Positions 51,765-60,767 of a DNA stretch of 64,000 bases are shown piece after piece; positions within the stretch are counted from its first letter, which is position 1; every line of letters begins with the position of its first letter. Origin of the DNA: Anaerolineae bacterium. GTDB taxonomy: Bacteria; Chloroflexota; Anaerolineae; Epilineales; Epilineaceae. The stretch is taken from assembly GCA_044228875.1 (NCBI GenBank), contig JBGAUA010000002.1, forward strand, positions 5,397-69,396. Direction: 5' to 3'. The notes under the pieces are model-generated. The model was given only the letters and a program-made list of their open reading frames with translations. It ran no database searches and was not told the DNA's origin. The position numbers and the translations under genes are program-made.

Positions 51765-53603
51765 TCAGCTCAAGGCTTCGGCCAGCGCGTAGCGGGCGCG
51801 CTTCTCGCCCTTCTGGCGCTTCTCGGCGTCCAGTTCGCGCTTGCGCAGGCGCAGGCTCAGCGGGGTGACCTCCACCAGCTCGTCCGGCCCGATATACTCG
51901 ATGGCTTCGTCCAGGCTGAGCCGGATGGGCGGCGTCAGGGCGATGCCCTCTTCGGCGATGGACTTGCGGTGGTTGGTGACATGCTTCTTGCGGCAGACGT
52001 TGACGACCAGGTCGCCGGCTTTCGGCCGTCGGCCGACGATCTGCCCGGCATAGACGTCGACACCGGGCTCGATGAAAAGGTCGCCGCGATCCTGGACCAT
52101 GTTCAGGGCATAGCTCGTGACCAGACCGGTCTCATGGGCCACCAGGGACCCCTGCTCGCGGTGCTCGATCTCCCCTGACCAGGGACGGTAGGCGTTGAAG
52201 ATGGTGTGGATGACACCGGTGCCCCGGGTCGCGGTCAGGAAGGAGCCGCGGAAGCCCAGCAGCCCGCGGGTGGGAACGATGTAGGTCAGGGAGATGGCGC
52301 CGTCGCCGGTGGGCTGCATGGCCTGCATCTCCGCGCGGCGGCGGCCCAGCATCTCCACCACCACGCCTACATGCTCCTCGGCCACCTCGATGAAGGCCTC
52401 CTCGTAGGGCTCGTGGAGCTTGCCGTCCACCTCGTGGGTGATGACCTCCGGATTGCCCACCGCCAACTCGTAACCCTCGCGCCGCATCGTCTCCACCAGG
52501 ATCGACAGGTGCAGCTCGCCGCGGCCGCTGACCAGGAAGGTGTCGGCGCTGTCGCCGGGCTCCACGCGCAGGGAGACGTTGCGCTCCAGTTCCCGCTGCA
52601 GCCGGTCGCCGATGACGCGGCTGGTGATGTGCTTGCCCTCCCGCCCAGCGAGAGGGCTGTTGTTGACCATGATGGACATGCGCAGCGTCGGCTCCTCGAC
52701 CCGGATGGGGGGCAGGGCGCGCGGCGCTTGCGGATCGGCAATGGTCTCGCCGATCGCCACGTCCGAGAGCCCGGTGAGGGCGACGATTTCGCCGCTCTCG
52801 GCCTGCTCGACGGCATGGCGACCCAGGTTCTCGAAGACGAAGAGCTCAGCTGAACGGCCACGCCTCACCGGCTTGTCCGGCTCGAGGATCGCCAGTTCCT
52901 GGCCTCGGCGGATCCGGCCGGCGCTGAGCCGGCCGATGGCGATTCGGCCTTTGTAATCGTCGTAGTCGAGGCTGGTGACCAGCATCTGAAGCGGCTCGTC
53001 AGGGGCCACCTGCGGGCCCGGAAGCTCCAGGATGGTCTCGAAGAGCGGCCGCAGGTCCTCGCCGAGCTGTGTCGGATCCAACGTTGCGGTGCCGGCCAGG
53101 GCGCGGGCATACACCACCGTGAAATCGGACTGCTCCTCAGAGGCGCCCAGGTCGATGAAGAGGTCGAAGGTGGCATCGACCACCACCTCGGGCCGGGCCT
53201 GTGGGCGGTCCATCTTGTTGACCACCACGATGGCTTTGTGGCCCAGGGCCAAGGCCTTGCGCAGCACGAAACGGGTCTGTGGCATCGGACCCTCGACGGC
53301 GTCCACCAAGAGGAGCACCCCGTCGACCATGTTGAGCACCCGCTCCACCTCGCCTCCGAAGTCGGCGTGGCCCGGTGTGTCCAAGATGTTGATCTTGGTG
53401 CCTTGGTAGCGAATGGCCGTGTTCTTGGCCAGGATGGTGATGCCGCGCTCGCGCTCCAGGTCGCCGGAATCCATGATGCGGTCCTGCACCACCTGCTTGG
53501 AATGGAACACATCGGTCTGCCGCAGCATGGCATCGACCAGGGTGGTCTTGCCGTGGTCGACGTGCGCGATGATGGCGATGTTTCGGATGTCCTGACGACG
53601 CAT
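51765..53603 (-). CDS. typA: translational GTPase BipA/TypA
   Basis: The start is taken at ATG 53603: [39 protein letters not shown] and NKMD. The 257 upstream codons in the track ORF are spurious. Confidence 0.93.
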   Translation of the reverse strand: MRRQDIRNIAIIAHVDHGKTTLVDAMLRQTDVFHSKQVVQDRIMDSGDLERERGITILAKNTAIRYQGTKINILDTPGHADFGGEVERVLNMVDGVLLLVDAVEGPMPQTRFVLRKALALGHKAIVVVNKMDRPQARPEVVVDATFDLFIDLGASEEQSDFTVVYARALAGTATLDPTQLGEDLRPLFETILELPGPQVAPDEPLQMLVTSLDYDDYKGRIAIGRLSAGRIRRGQELAILEPDKPVRRGRSAELFVFENLGRHAVEQAESGEIVALTGLSDVAIGETIADPQAPRALPPIRVEEPTLRMSIMVNNSPLAGREGKHITSRVIGDRLQRELERNVSLRVEPGDSADTFLVSGRGELHLSILVETMRREGYELAVGNPEVITHEVDGKLHEPYEEAFIEVAEEHVGVVVEMLGRRRAEMQAMQPTGDGAISLTYIVPTRGLLGFRGSFLTATRGTGVIHTIFNAYRPWSGEIEHREQGSLVAHETGLVTSYALNMVQDRGDLFIEPGVDVYAGQIVGRRPKAGDLVVNVCRKKHVTNHRKSIAEEGIALTPPIRLSLDEAIEYIGPDELVEVTPLSLRLRKRELDAEKRQKGEKRARYALAEALS

Positions 53604-53715
53604 GGTTGAGAAGCCTTTGGAACAGTTCAACGAGGGGCGTAGAGAGAGACGACGGCGGACCGCCAACCGCATAACCATAGCATGACGGGGCTGTGTTGGG
53701 CGCCAAGCCGGTGCA

Positions 53716-53744
53716 TTGACACCGCCGCGGCGCGGCGCTAGCAT
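53716..53744 (+). promoter_or_regulatory. sigma-70-type promoter giving a leaderless tetR mRNA
   Basis: Perfect TTGACA (53716-53721), 17-nt spacer, TAGCAT (53739-53744), then 6 nt before ATG 53751. No Shine-Dalgarno sequence. Confidence 0.6.
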
Positions 53745-53750
53745 GGGTTC

Positions 53751-54389
53751 ATGCATCCGAATGAGACAGATCAGCCGATCGACCGCCCCGATACCCGCGA
53801 GCGGCTTGTGCGGGCGACGTTGGAGGTCATCTACGAGGAGGGCTACGACCAGGCGACCACCCGGCGCATCGCCGAACGCGCCAGTGTAAACCTCCAGCTG
53901 ATCCAGTACCACTTCAAGGGCAAGGAAGGCCTGATCGCCACAGCTCAGGAGCAGGCGCGTCTGCGCTACATGACCCTCCTGGAGCCGGCCGTCCTGGCCG
54001 CCCCGGACCTGAAAGGCGCCATCCGGGCCGGAATCGCCTTGACCTGGGACCAGGCCCGGTCCCATCCGGAGCTCATGCAGCCGGACCTGCTCCTGCAGAT
54101 ACGACGCGCCAGTGGGCAAGCTCCGGGGCATGACCTGCCGGCCCGGGAGACCCAAGTCGATCTCTCCCGCCTCTTGGATCGGGTGAGATCCCGGACCGGC
54201 GAGCGGCTGGCTGTTCCCATCGCCCCGTTCATCCTGCTCATGATGAGCGGAACGGCGGGCCTCTTGATGGAGTACCGCATCTCGGGCGACGACGCGACGA
54301 TCGGCGCCGCCTTTGCGCTGTTGGCCGAGCGTCTGGAGGGTCTCGTCCAGAGCGGTCCCGACGAAAGACCTCACCGGTCCGCGTCGTAG
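53751..54389 (+). CDS. TetR/AcrR family transcriptional regulator
   Basis: [46 protein letters not shown] is a TetR N-terminal HTH. Confidence 0.88.
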   Translation: MHPNETDQPIDRPDTRERLVRATLEVIYEEGYDQATTRRIAERASVNLQLIQYHFKGKEGLIATAQEQARLRYMTLLEPAVLAAPDLKGAIRAGIALTWDQARSHPELMQPDLLLQIRRASGQAPGHDLPARETQVDLSRLLDRVRSRTGERLAVPIAPFILLMMSGTAGLLMEYRISGDDATIGAAFALLAERLEGLVQSGPDERPHRSAS

Positions 54390-54489
54390 AGGTGGCCGGC
54401 AACTGATAGCCGGCCTCCGGCGGTGAACCTCAATGCGTCAGGTCCACTCTGCCAGCGCTGGAAAACGGATCGCATCGGCGCGTTAACGG

Positions 54490-54520
54490 GGGGAGGCGGG
54501 GCCTTTGGCCACGCCTCCCC
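54490..54520. other. GC-rich hairpin in the tetR/SRPBCC convergent intergenic region
   Basis: GGGGAGGCG-GGGCCTTTGGCCA-CGCCTCCCC: a 9-bp outer stem plus an inner GGCC/GGCC pairing. No U-tract on either strand. Confidence 0.4.
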
Positions 54521-54777
54521 GTGCGCTGTCGTCGGTCGATAGTTGTCGGGTCTGCATGTGGGAGGACCGACGAATCCCACCAACCCTCGATCGCGATTCC
54601 CGGATGGCCTGGACCGTCGCGACAGCAGCCGCGATATCCACGAGCCTCCGAAATCAACTACGGCATCATCCTGAAGTTGGTAACCTGCTCCGTATCACCG
54701 GAGTCTCTTCCTCTAACCACGCACAATGATAGGTGGTTTCAACGTGACTGCCAAGCGGTTACACGTCGGGCCGGTTG

Positions 54778-55290
54778 TCATGCGGCGCGGTTGCGCAGGA
54801 TCCGGCGGGTGATCAGGGCGCGGTAGGCGAAGAGCAGCGGCATGCCGAGCCACATCGCCAGCCCGACGGGCAGCCACAACCAGTGCCGGCGGAGCCGCGC
54901 CTCCACATGGTCTTCGATCCAGGTTCGGTCGCGGCCTTCGGCCACGAAGCGGTGCTCGTGCCGCCAAAGGTCAAAGGGGCCCTCAAGTTGTGTATCGACA
55001 AAGCCGCCTTCGCTGACGTCGCTGATCCGCGCCGTCCAGTTGACGGGCAGCAGCCCGCCCAGCCTCAAGGTGAACCGCATCTCGTCGCCCTCGCCAAGGA
55101 CGGCCGGTGCATGGCGCAGCACGACGACGATGCCCGGCGGCGTGATGGCCGCCATGCTGTCGGAGCGGGCATGGAAATCGGCCACCCGCGCCAGCGCCGC
55201 GTCCACCACGAACCGGTGGCGATAGCGGAGCAGGCGACCAGGGTGAAGGGTTTTCGCGGTCAAGGGCGCCGTCGACCTCCCAGCCGTCAT
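54778..55290 (-). CDS. SRPBCC (cyclase/dehydrase-like) family protein with C-terminal TM
   Basis: ATG 55290 overlaps the upstream stop (ATGA). The segment FDLWRHEHRF is typical of the family commonly paired with TIGR01777 genes. Confidence 0.65.
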   Translation of the reverse strand: MTAGRSTAPLTAKTLHPGRLLRYRHRFVVDAALARVADFHARSDSMAAITPPGIVVVLRHAPAVLGEGDEMRFTLRLGGLLPVNWTARISDVSEGGFVDTQLEGPFDLWRHEHRFVAEGRDRTWIEDHVEARLRRHWLWLPVGLAMWLGMPLLFAYRALITRRILRNRAA

Positions 55291-56198
55291 GCCAGGATGT
55301 CCTGCAACGCTTCCTGCGCATGGGTGAAACGGAAGGCGTAGCCGGCCGCGAGCAGCCGCGCAGGCGCCACCTGCTGGCCTTCGAGCAGGATCATCGCCAT
55401 CTCGCCCAGGGCGAGGCGCAGGGCCGGCGCCGGCGCCGGCAGGAGGGCGGGGCGATGCAAGGCCCGCCCGAGGGCGCGTGAGAAGGCGGCATTGTCGAGT
55501 TGCTCCGGCGCCGCAAGGTTGTAGGCGCCGCTCGTGTCCTGCCGGTCGATCAAGAACCGGATCGCGCCGACAACATCGGCGATATGGATCCAGGGGAAGG
55601 GCTGCCGGCCGCTGCCCAAGGGCCCCCCGACGAAGCAGCGGAAAGGCAGCAGCATCCGCGGCAGCGCGCCGCCTTCCCCACTCAGAACGATACCGATGCG
55701 CGTGGCCACGCGCCGAACGCCCAAGGACTCCACCGCCGCGGTGGAGTCCTCCCAGTCGTGGCAGACGGAAGCCAGGAAGTCGTCGCCGGCGGGTGCTTCC
55801 TCCGTGAGCGGGCCGCTCTGTCGGGTTCCGTAGTAGCCCGCGCCGACGGCTTGCACGAGGCAGCGCGGCCGATCGCCGATCTGTTCGATCGCTGCCACCA
55901 AGGCCCGTCCGGCCCGGACCCGGCTGTCGCGGATGACCGCCTTTCGTGCCGCGGACCAACGGGCATCCGCCACACCCGCCCCGGCCAGGTTGACCACGGC
56001 ATCGCAGCCGGACAGCCTTTCGGCCCAAGCCCCCGGGTTCGCGGGATCCCAGGCAGCGACCGCGACGCCCTGGTCGGGCTTTAGCGCGTGTCGCGCCGGG
56101 TCGCGCGACAGGATGGTCACCTGGTGGCCATCCTGCGCCAGGTCGGCGCTCAGAGCCCGGCCGATCAAGCCGGTCCCTCCGGTGATGACGATGTGCAT
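55287..56198 (-). CDS. TIGR01777/YfcH-like NAD-dependent epimerase family protein (SDR + DUF1731-like C-terminus)
   Basis: ATG 56198 is preceded by GGAGGAGG. N-terminus MHIVITGGTGLIGRALSADL. 303 aa. Confidence 0.8.
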   Translation of the reverse strand: MHIVITGGTGLIGRALSADLAQDGHQVTILSRDPARHALKPDQGVAVAAWDPANPGAWAERLSGCDAVVNLAGAGVADARWSAARKAVIRDSRVRAGRALVAAIEQIGDRPRCLVQAVGAGYYGTRQSGPLTEEAPAGDDFLASVCHDWEDSTAAVESLGVRRVATRIGIVLSGEGGALPRMLLPFRCFVGGPLGSGRQPFPWIHIADVVGAIRFLIDRQDTSGAYNLAAPEQLDNAAFSRALGRALHRPALLPAPAPALRLALGEMAMILLEGQQVAPARLLAAGYAFRFTHAQEALQDILA

Positions 56199-56372
56199 GA
56201 TCTCACCTCCTCCTAAGCTGTTGACCGACAGGATTTCGGAGGACGGGGCCGGAGGCGGCCCGCTATCCCTCGCTATGCTGCCACGGAGTGGACTGCCCGT
56301 GATGGGCGCGATCATGATAACGTTTCGATGCCCCTATCGCCAAGACACCCTGGGCAATAGCTCCACAAATCC

Positions 56373-56401
56373 TTGACGGCGCCGACCGTCAACCGTACAG
56401 T
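56373..56401 (+). promoter_or_regulatory. promoter of the CarH-like gene with overlapping inverted repeat (candidate operator)
   Basis: TTGACG (56373-56378), 17-nt spacer, TACAGT (56396-56401). The inverted repeat TTGACGG-N6-CCGTCAA (56373-56392) covers the -35 element and spacer. Confidence 0.5.
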
Positions 56402-56422
56402 GATTCCCGGTACCAGCAACCC

Positions 56423-57430
56423 ATGACCACCACGCCCAACACCTCCGGCTCGCGCGGCGCCAGGGCCCTGGCCGATGAACCGATCTTCAACATCGGTGCT
56501 GTGGCCAGGATGTCCGGGCTGTCGGTGGCCGTCCTTCGCGCTTGGGAGCGACGGTACGGTTTTCCTCAGGCGCAGCGCAGTGCCGGCCGCCAGAGGGTCT
56601 ACAGCCAACGGACCCTGGATCAGCTGCGCTGGGTGAAGGCGCGCATCGACCAAGGGATGCAGGCCGGACAGGCCATCCGCGCCCTGAGCCATGCCCAGTC
56701 CGAGCTCGGCGCGCTCGTGCTAGACGCCCGCCCGTCGTGGGAGCCGTCTTCATCCTCGCGGGTGGACGACCCTGTGCTGCAGGCCTTCGCCAACCGTGTC
56801 GCCGGGGCGCTCATGGCCCACGATCTGTCCGGAGCCGATCGGATCCTGGCCGAGGCCCTGGCTGTGCTCAGCCTGGAGGATATCCTGCTCAAGGTGATCC
56901 CACCTGCCTTGGCCGATTTGGGGGAGGGTTGGGAAGCGGGCGAGGTCACGGTGGCGACGGAGCATCTGGCTTCGGCATACATCCGCCAGCGACTGTTGCT
57001 ATGGCTGGCCGAAGGGTCTCCGCCGCGCCCTGTTCCCCCCACGGTCCTGGCCTGCGCGCCCGGCGACTGGCACGAGATCGGGCTCCTCATCCTGGGGGTG
57101 CTTCTTCGGCGGCGGCTCTGGCCAATCCACTACCTCGGACCCGCCGTGCCTTTGTCCGATCTGGCGGCCTTCGTGCGCAGCACCCAACCGGCAGCCGTGG
57201 TGGTGGTGGCCACCATCGCTTCGGCGGCGGTCGCCCTGGGCGAAGGTTCGCGCGAGATGCCGGAACTGGATTCCAGTGGGCGGACGGTCTTCTGCTACGG
57301 CGGCCGCGCCTTTGGCCAGGACCCGTCCCTGCGCGACGGCCTGCCCGGCCACTACCTGGGCGACAGCCTGGAGGACAGCGTAGAGCGCCTGGACGGTCTG
57401 TTGCGTGACATCACCGGCATCGTGACCTAA
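56423..57430 (+). CDS. MerR-family regulator with B12-binding domains (CarH/LitR-type photoreceptor candidate)
   Basis: MerR HTH IFNIGAVARMSGLSVAVLRAWERRYGFP. Four-helix-bundle motif Wx9EH (GEGWEAGEVTVATEH) and B12 lower-ligand motif DxHxxG (GDWHEIG). Confidence 0.8.
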   Translation: MTTTPNTSGSRGARALADEPIFNIGAVARMSGLSVAVLRAWERRYGFPQAQRSAGRQRVYSQRTLDQLRWVKARIDQGMQAGQAIRALSHAQSELGALVLDARPSWEPSSSSRVDDPVLQAFANRVAGALMAHDLSGADRILAEALAVLSLEDILLKVIPPALADLGEGWEAGEVTVATEHLASAYIRQRLLLWLAEGSPPRPVPPTVLACAPGDWHEIGLLILGVLLRRRLWPIHYLGPAVPLSDLAAFVRSTQPAAVVVVATIASAAVALGEGSREMPELDSSGRTVFCYGGRAFGQDPSLRDGLPGHYLGDSLEDSVERLDGLLRDITGIVT

Positions 57431-57473
57431 GATTGCCGCCTGCTCAAGCCTCGCACAGCTTCAGGGAGGTCAC

Positions 57474-57878
57474 ATGGCACAACGCATCGAGGGCGAACTT
57501 CAACTCATCCTGCATTTGGAAGAACTCAAGTCGCGGCACAATCCGGAGATGGTGGGCAAGGCCGAGTATCGGGTTCAGGTATGGATAAACGGTCTGGAGC
57601 GCTGGCAGTCCGAAAAGCCGGTCAAGGTGAAGGAAGGCGGGACGGCCGTCCTCGGGGTCGGGATCCCGATGCGCCTGGAAGCCGACACCGACATCGTCGA
57701 CATCCAGGTGCTGGTCGCGGAGCTGGACCTGCTCAGCCCGGATGACCCAGCCGCGGGCGGCTTCGAGTTGTATCGCTCGGCCGGGTTCTTCGTGGGGGAG
57801 CGCTTCTCCATCCCCATCAGCGGAGCGGACACGGACATCAGCATTCAATGCCGCGTCGAGGCCGAGCCGCTGGCGTAG
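57474..57878 (+). CDS. hypothetical 134-aa protein downstream of the CarH-like gene
   Basis: ATG lies 5 nt after GGGAGG. The composition is beta-rich and the local GC is lower. I recognise no motif. Confidence 0.65.
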   Translation: MAQRIEGELQLILHLEELKSRHNPEMVGKAEYRVQVWINGLERWQSEKPVKVKEGGTAVLGVGIPMRLEADTDIVDIQVLVAELDLLSPDDPAAGGFELYRSAGFFVGERFSIPISGADTDISIQCRVEAEPLA

Positions 57879-57947
57879 GCGATCGGGGGAGCCGCGTTCG
57901 GTGGAGGACGCCGGCCGGCGGTTGCGCGGACGAGCAGAGCGCTCGGT

Positions 57948-58730
57948 TCAGGCCAGGTAGAGTACCTGGCGAAAAAAAGCCAATCCGTCCGGCTCCTGAT
58001 CGGCGGCGCGGAGCCGCCAGGCCGGATGTTGGAAGCGGCTGATGAAGCGCTCCGGATGGGGCATCAGGCCCAGGATGCGGCCGCTGGGGTCGGCAAGCCC
58101 GGCGATGGCGTGCACGGCGCCGTTGGGGTTCTCCGGATACTGCTCCGTGGGCCGACCCATGGCGTCGACATAGCGCAGGGCCACCAGGCCCTGCGTTTCG
58201 ATGTCTGCCAGGGTGGCCTCGTCGGCGAAGAAGCGACCTTCGCCGTGCGCCAGGGGCAGCTCCAGTTGCTCCGGCAGACCTTGTACCAAGGGGCCGCTGC
58301 CGGATGACCGCAGGCGGACCCAACGGCATTCGAAGCGCCCGCTGGCATTCAGGGCCAGGGTGGCCCGCATCGCCCCTAGTTGCCCGAAGGGCAGCAGGCC
58401 GGTGCGCACCAGCACCTGGAAGCCGTTACAGATCCCCAGGATGGGCTTGCGCGCCAGCGCGAAATCGGCCAAGGCATCGGCCAGGAAGCTGACCAGCTCG
58501 ACGGCCATCACCTTGCCGCTGACCACATCATCGCCATAGGAAAAGCCACCCGGCAGGGCGAGTACGTCGTAATCGGCGAGACGCTCTGCGCCGGAACGCA
58601 ACAGGTTCATCGGCACCACGTGGGCCTGACCCCCAGCCAGCTTGAACGCGTGCGCGGTCTCGATCTCGCAGTTGGTGCCGTCGGCCTTGAGAACGCAGAC
58701 CCGCGGCCCGCTGGGAACGGAGGCGATCAT
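57948..58730 (-). CDS. purQ: phosphoribosylformylglycinamidine synthase I (glutaminase subunit)
   Basis: The start is taken at ATG 58730 (MIASVPSGPRVCVLKADGTNCE...). It has the nucleophile context GICNGFQ and the HPE triad context LMPHPER. The long upstream extension in the track is spurious. Confidence 0.9.
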   Translation of the reverse strand: MIASVPSGPRVCVLKADGTNCEIETAHAFKLAGGQAHVVPMNLLRSGAERLADYDVLALPGGFSYGDDVVSGKVMAVELVSFLADALADFALARKPILGICNGFQVLVRTGLLPFGQLGAMRATLALNASGRFECRWVRLRSSGSGPLVQGLPEQLELPLAHGEGRFFADEATLADIETQGLVALRYVDAMGRPTEQYPENPNGAVHAIAGLADPSGRILGLMPHPERFISRFQHPAWRLRAADQEPDGLAFFRQVLYLA

Positions 58731-58994
58731 GGACGAACTCCTGTGCGGCAATCGGGACGACGTCGGCGCCGGGGCAGAGATGCCTGCGCCGCCTGCCGCC
58801 GGAAGGATAAGGCGCCGGAGCGGCGAGGTCCAGATTGGAAGGTTGCGGCGCGGAGGCCGAATCCATTGACGGGATTGCGCGTTATCAAGCATGGGGCGGG
58901 CGACTTGTCTTGGATGACCCGATCGCGTCGCCCCTGATGTGCGTGGCAGGAGAGACCGCCCGTCGAGGGCGATGCGACCAGAGAGGCCCAGACC

Positions 58995-60758
58995 ATGACC
59001 GAGCTCGATGCCATAGGACCGGCCGATACGCCGCTTGATCGGACAGTCCCCGCCGTCCGACAGCTCAGCCGTCGCGGTTTCCTGCGCGCGGCCGCCGCGG
59101 CCGCTGCCACCACCGCCACCGGGCTCAATGCCCTCGGCAAGGACCCCGCCTTCGCCGCGCCGCCACGCATCCCCACGCGCACGCCCACACCGCGCCCCCG
59201 GCCCAGCGCCACCCCCGGCACCGTCGGCGGCGTCGGGTCGCCCGGGGGCGGCGCCGCCACCTCGGCCGCCAACCGCTCCGCCAGAGCCATGGTCATGCGC
59301 CAGCAGGCGGCGCTCTACGAACACGGTCTGGGCTTCCCCCCTCAGGTCAGCAATGGGGACGAGACGAACCTGCCGGGCTACGTCGGCAACTACTCCAAGG
59401 GCCTGCCGCACAATGCCCTGGGCGAAGTGGACCCCGCCGCCTATCAGGCCATGCTCCGCGCCGTCAACAGCGGTAGTCCGGCGGATTTCGAGGCCATTCC
59501 CCTGGGCGCTGCCCGCCAGTTGACCAATCCCCAGGCCGGTCTGGCCTTCGCCCTGCAAGGTCCCGACCCGGCGTGTCTCGCCCAGGCGCCTGCACCTGCG
59601 TTGCGCAGCGCCGAGCAGGCCGCAGAGATCGCCGAGAACTACTGGATGGCCCTGCTCCGGGACGTTTCCTTCCTGGACTACCAGACCGATCCCCTGGCCA
59701 CCGCAGCTTGCATCGACCTCGCGGCGATGTCGGACTTCCGGGCGCCCAAGGAGGCCGGTGCCGTGACGCCGAGGACCCTGTTCCGCTCCCAGGCCGCGGG
59801 GACGACGGTAGGCCCCTACATCTCGCAGTTCATGTGGCTGAAGACGCCCTTCGGCGCCGAAACGGTGGATCGCAAGATGCGCACGCGCAAGGCGGGCGTG
59901 GACTACATGACCGATTATGCCGACTGGCTCGCCATCCAGAACGGCGCGAACCCCGGCGGCGATGCCGGCTTCGAGAGCCAGACCCGCTACATCATCAACG
60001 GCCGCGACCTCGGCGAGTGGGTGCACATCGACGTCCTGTTCCAGGCCTACTTCAACGCCCTCCTGATCCTCTTCGACCAGGGGGCGCCGCCGGACGCGGC
60101 CAACCCCTACCGGAATTCGCGCAACCAGGCGGCGTTCGGCACCTTCGGACCGCCCTATATTGCCAGCATCCTCTGCGGCGTGGCGCGGACGGCGCTGGCG
60201 GCGGTGTGGTACCAGAAGTGGTTCGTTCACCGGCGCCTGCGGCCGGAAGCCATGGCCGGACGCGTCCACAACCAGAAGACGGGCGCGGCCGCCTACGGCA
60301 TCCACTCCGACATTCTGAACAGCCAAGCCGTGGCGCGGACCCATGACCGTTTCGGCAGCTACCTTCTGCCGATGGCCTTCCCGGAGGGCTCGCCCACCCA
60401 TCCGGCCTACGGAGCAGGCCATGCCACGGTGGCCGGTGCCTGCGTCACCATCCTCAAGGCGATGTTCGACGAGTCTTGGGTACTGCCTGCGCCTGTGCTG
60501 CCTACCGCAGACGGCCAGAGCCTTGTCCCCTACAGCGGGGCGCCGCTCACGGTGGGGCACGAGCTGAACAAGCTGGCGGCCAATGTGGCCTTCGGGCGCA
60601 ACATCGCCGGCGTGCACTGGCGCACGGACGGCGACGCGTCGATGCGTCTGGGCGAGGAACTGGCCATCCGCTACCTCCGTGAAGACCGGCTGTGTACCAA
60701 CGAGCCCTTCACAGGATTCAGCCTGACCCGCTTCGACGGGACGACGATCACGATCTGA
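58995..60758 (+). CDS. Tat-exported PAP2-superfamily vanadium-dependent haloperoxidase-like protein
   Basis: Tat motif SRRGFLRAAAAAAA. Vanadate/phosphate-site motifs QKWFVHRRLRPE (K...RP), PTHPAYGAGHA (xGH) and FGRNIAGVHWRTDG (R...H...D). Confidence 0.75.
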   Translation: MTELDAIGPADTPLDRTVPAVRQLSRRGFLRAAAAAAATTATGLNALGKDPAFAAPPRIPTRTPTPRPRPSATPGTVGGVGSPGGGAATSAANRSARAMVMRQQAALYEHGLGFPPQVSNGDETNLPGYVGNYSKGLPHNALGEVDPAAYQAMLRAVNSGSPADFEAIPLGAARQLTNPQAGLAFALQGPDPACLAQAPAPALRSAEQAAEIAENYWMALLRDVSFLDYQTDPLATAACIDLAAMSDFRAPKEAGAVTPRTLFRSQAAGTTVGPYISQFMWLKTPFGAETVDRKMRTRKAGVDYMTDYADWLAIQNGANPGGDAGFESQTRYIINGRDLGEWVHIDVLFQAYFNALLILFDQGAPPDAANPYRNSRNQAAFGTFGPPYIASILCGVARTALAAVWYQKWFVHRRLRPEAMAGRVHNQKTGAAAYGIHSDILNSQAVARTHDRFGSYLLPMAFPEGSPTHPAYGAGHATVAGACVTILKAMFDESWVLPAPVLPTADGQSLVPYSGAPLTVGHELNKLAANVAFGRNIAGVHWRTDGDASMRLGEELAIRYLREDRLCTNEPFTGFSLTRFDGTTITI

Positions 60759-60767
60759 GGTCCGGAA

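Noticed and set aside
53604-54374. N-terminal extensions of the track ORFs for bipA (to 54374), purQ (57948..60617), the SRPBCC/TIGR01777 region (54778..56028), ATPase 2 (to 33761), M23 (to 44460) and dnaN (from 3015).
   Set aside because: The conserved N-termini begin at internal ATGs, often with an SD or a stop/start overlap. The upstream parts have poor GC3 or overlap real genes on the other strand.
58731-58994. A purine or ZTP (pfl) riboswitch upstream of purQ.
   Set aside because: There is no GGGUCGUG...CCGCCUGGGC-type signature and no purine-riboswitch three-way-junction motif on the minus strand.
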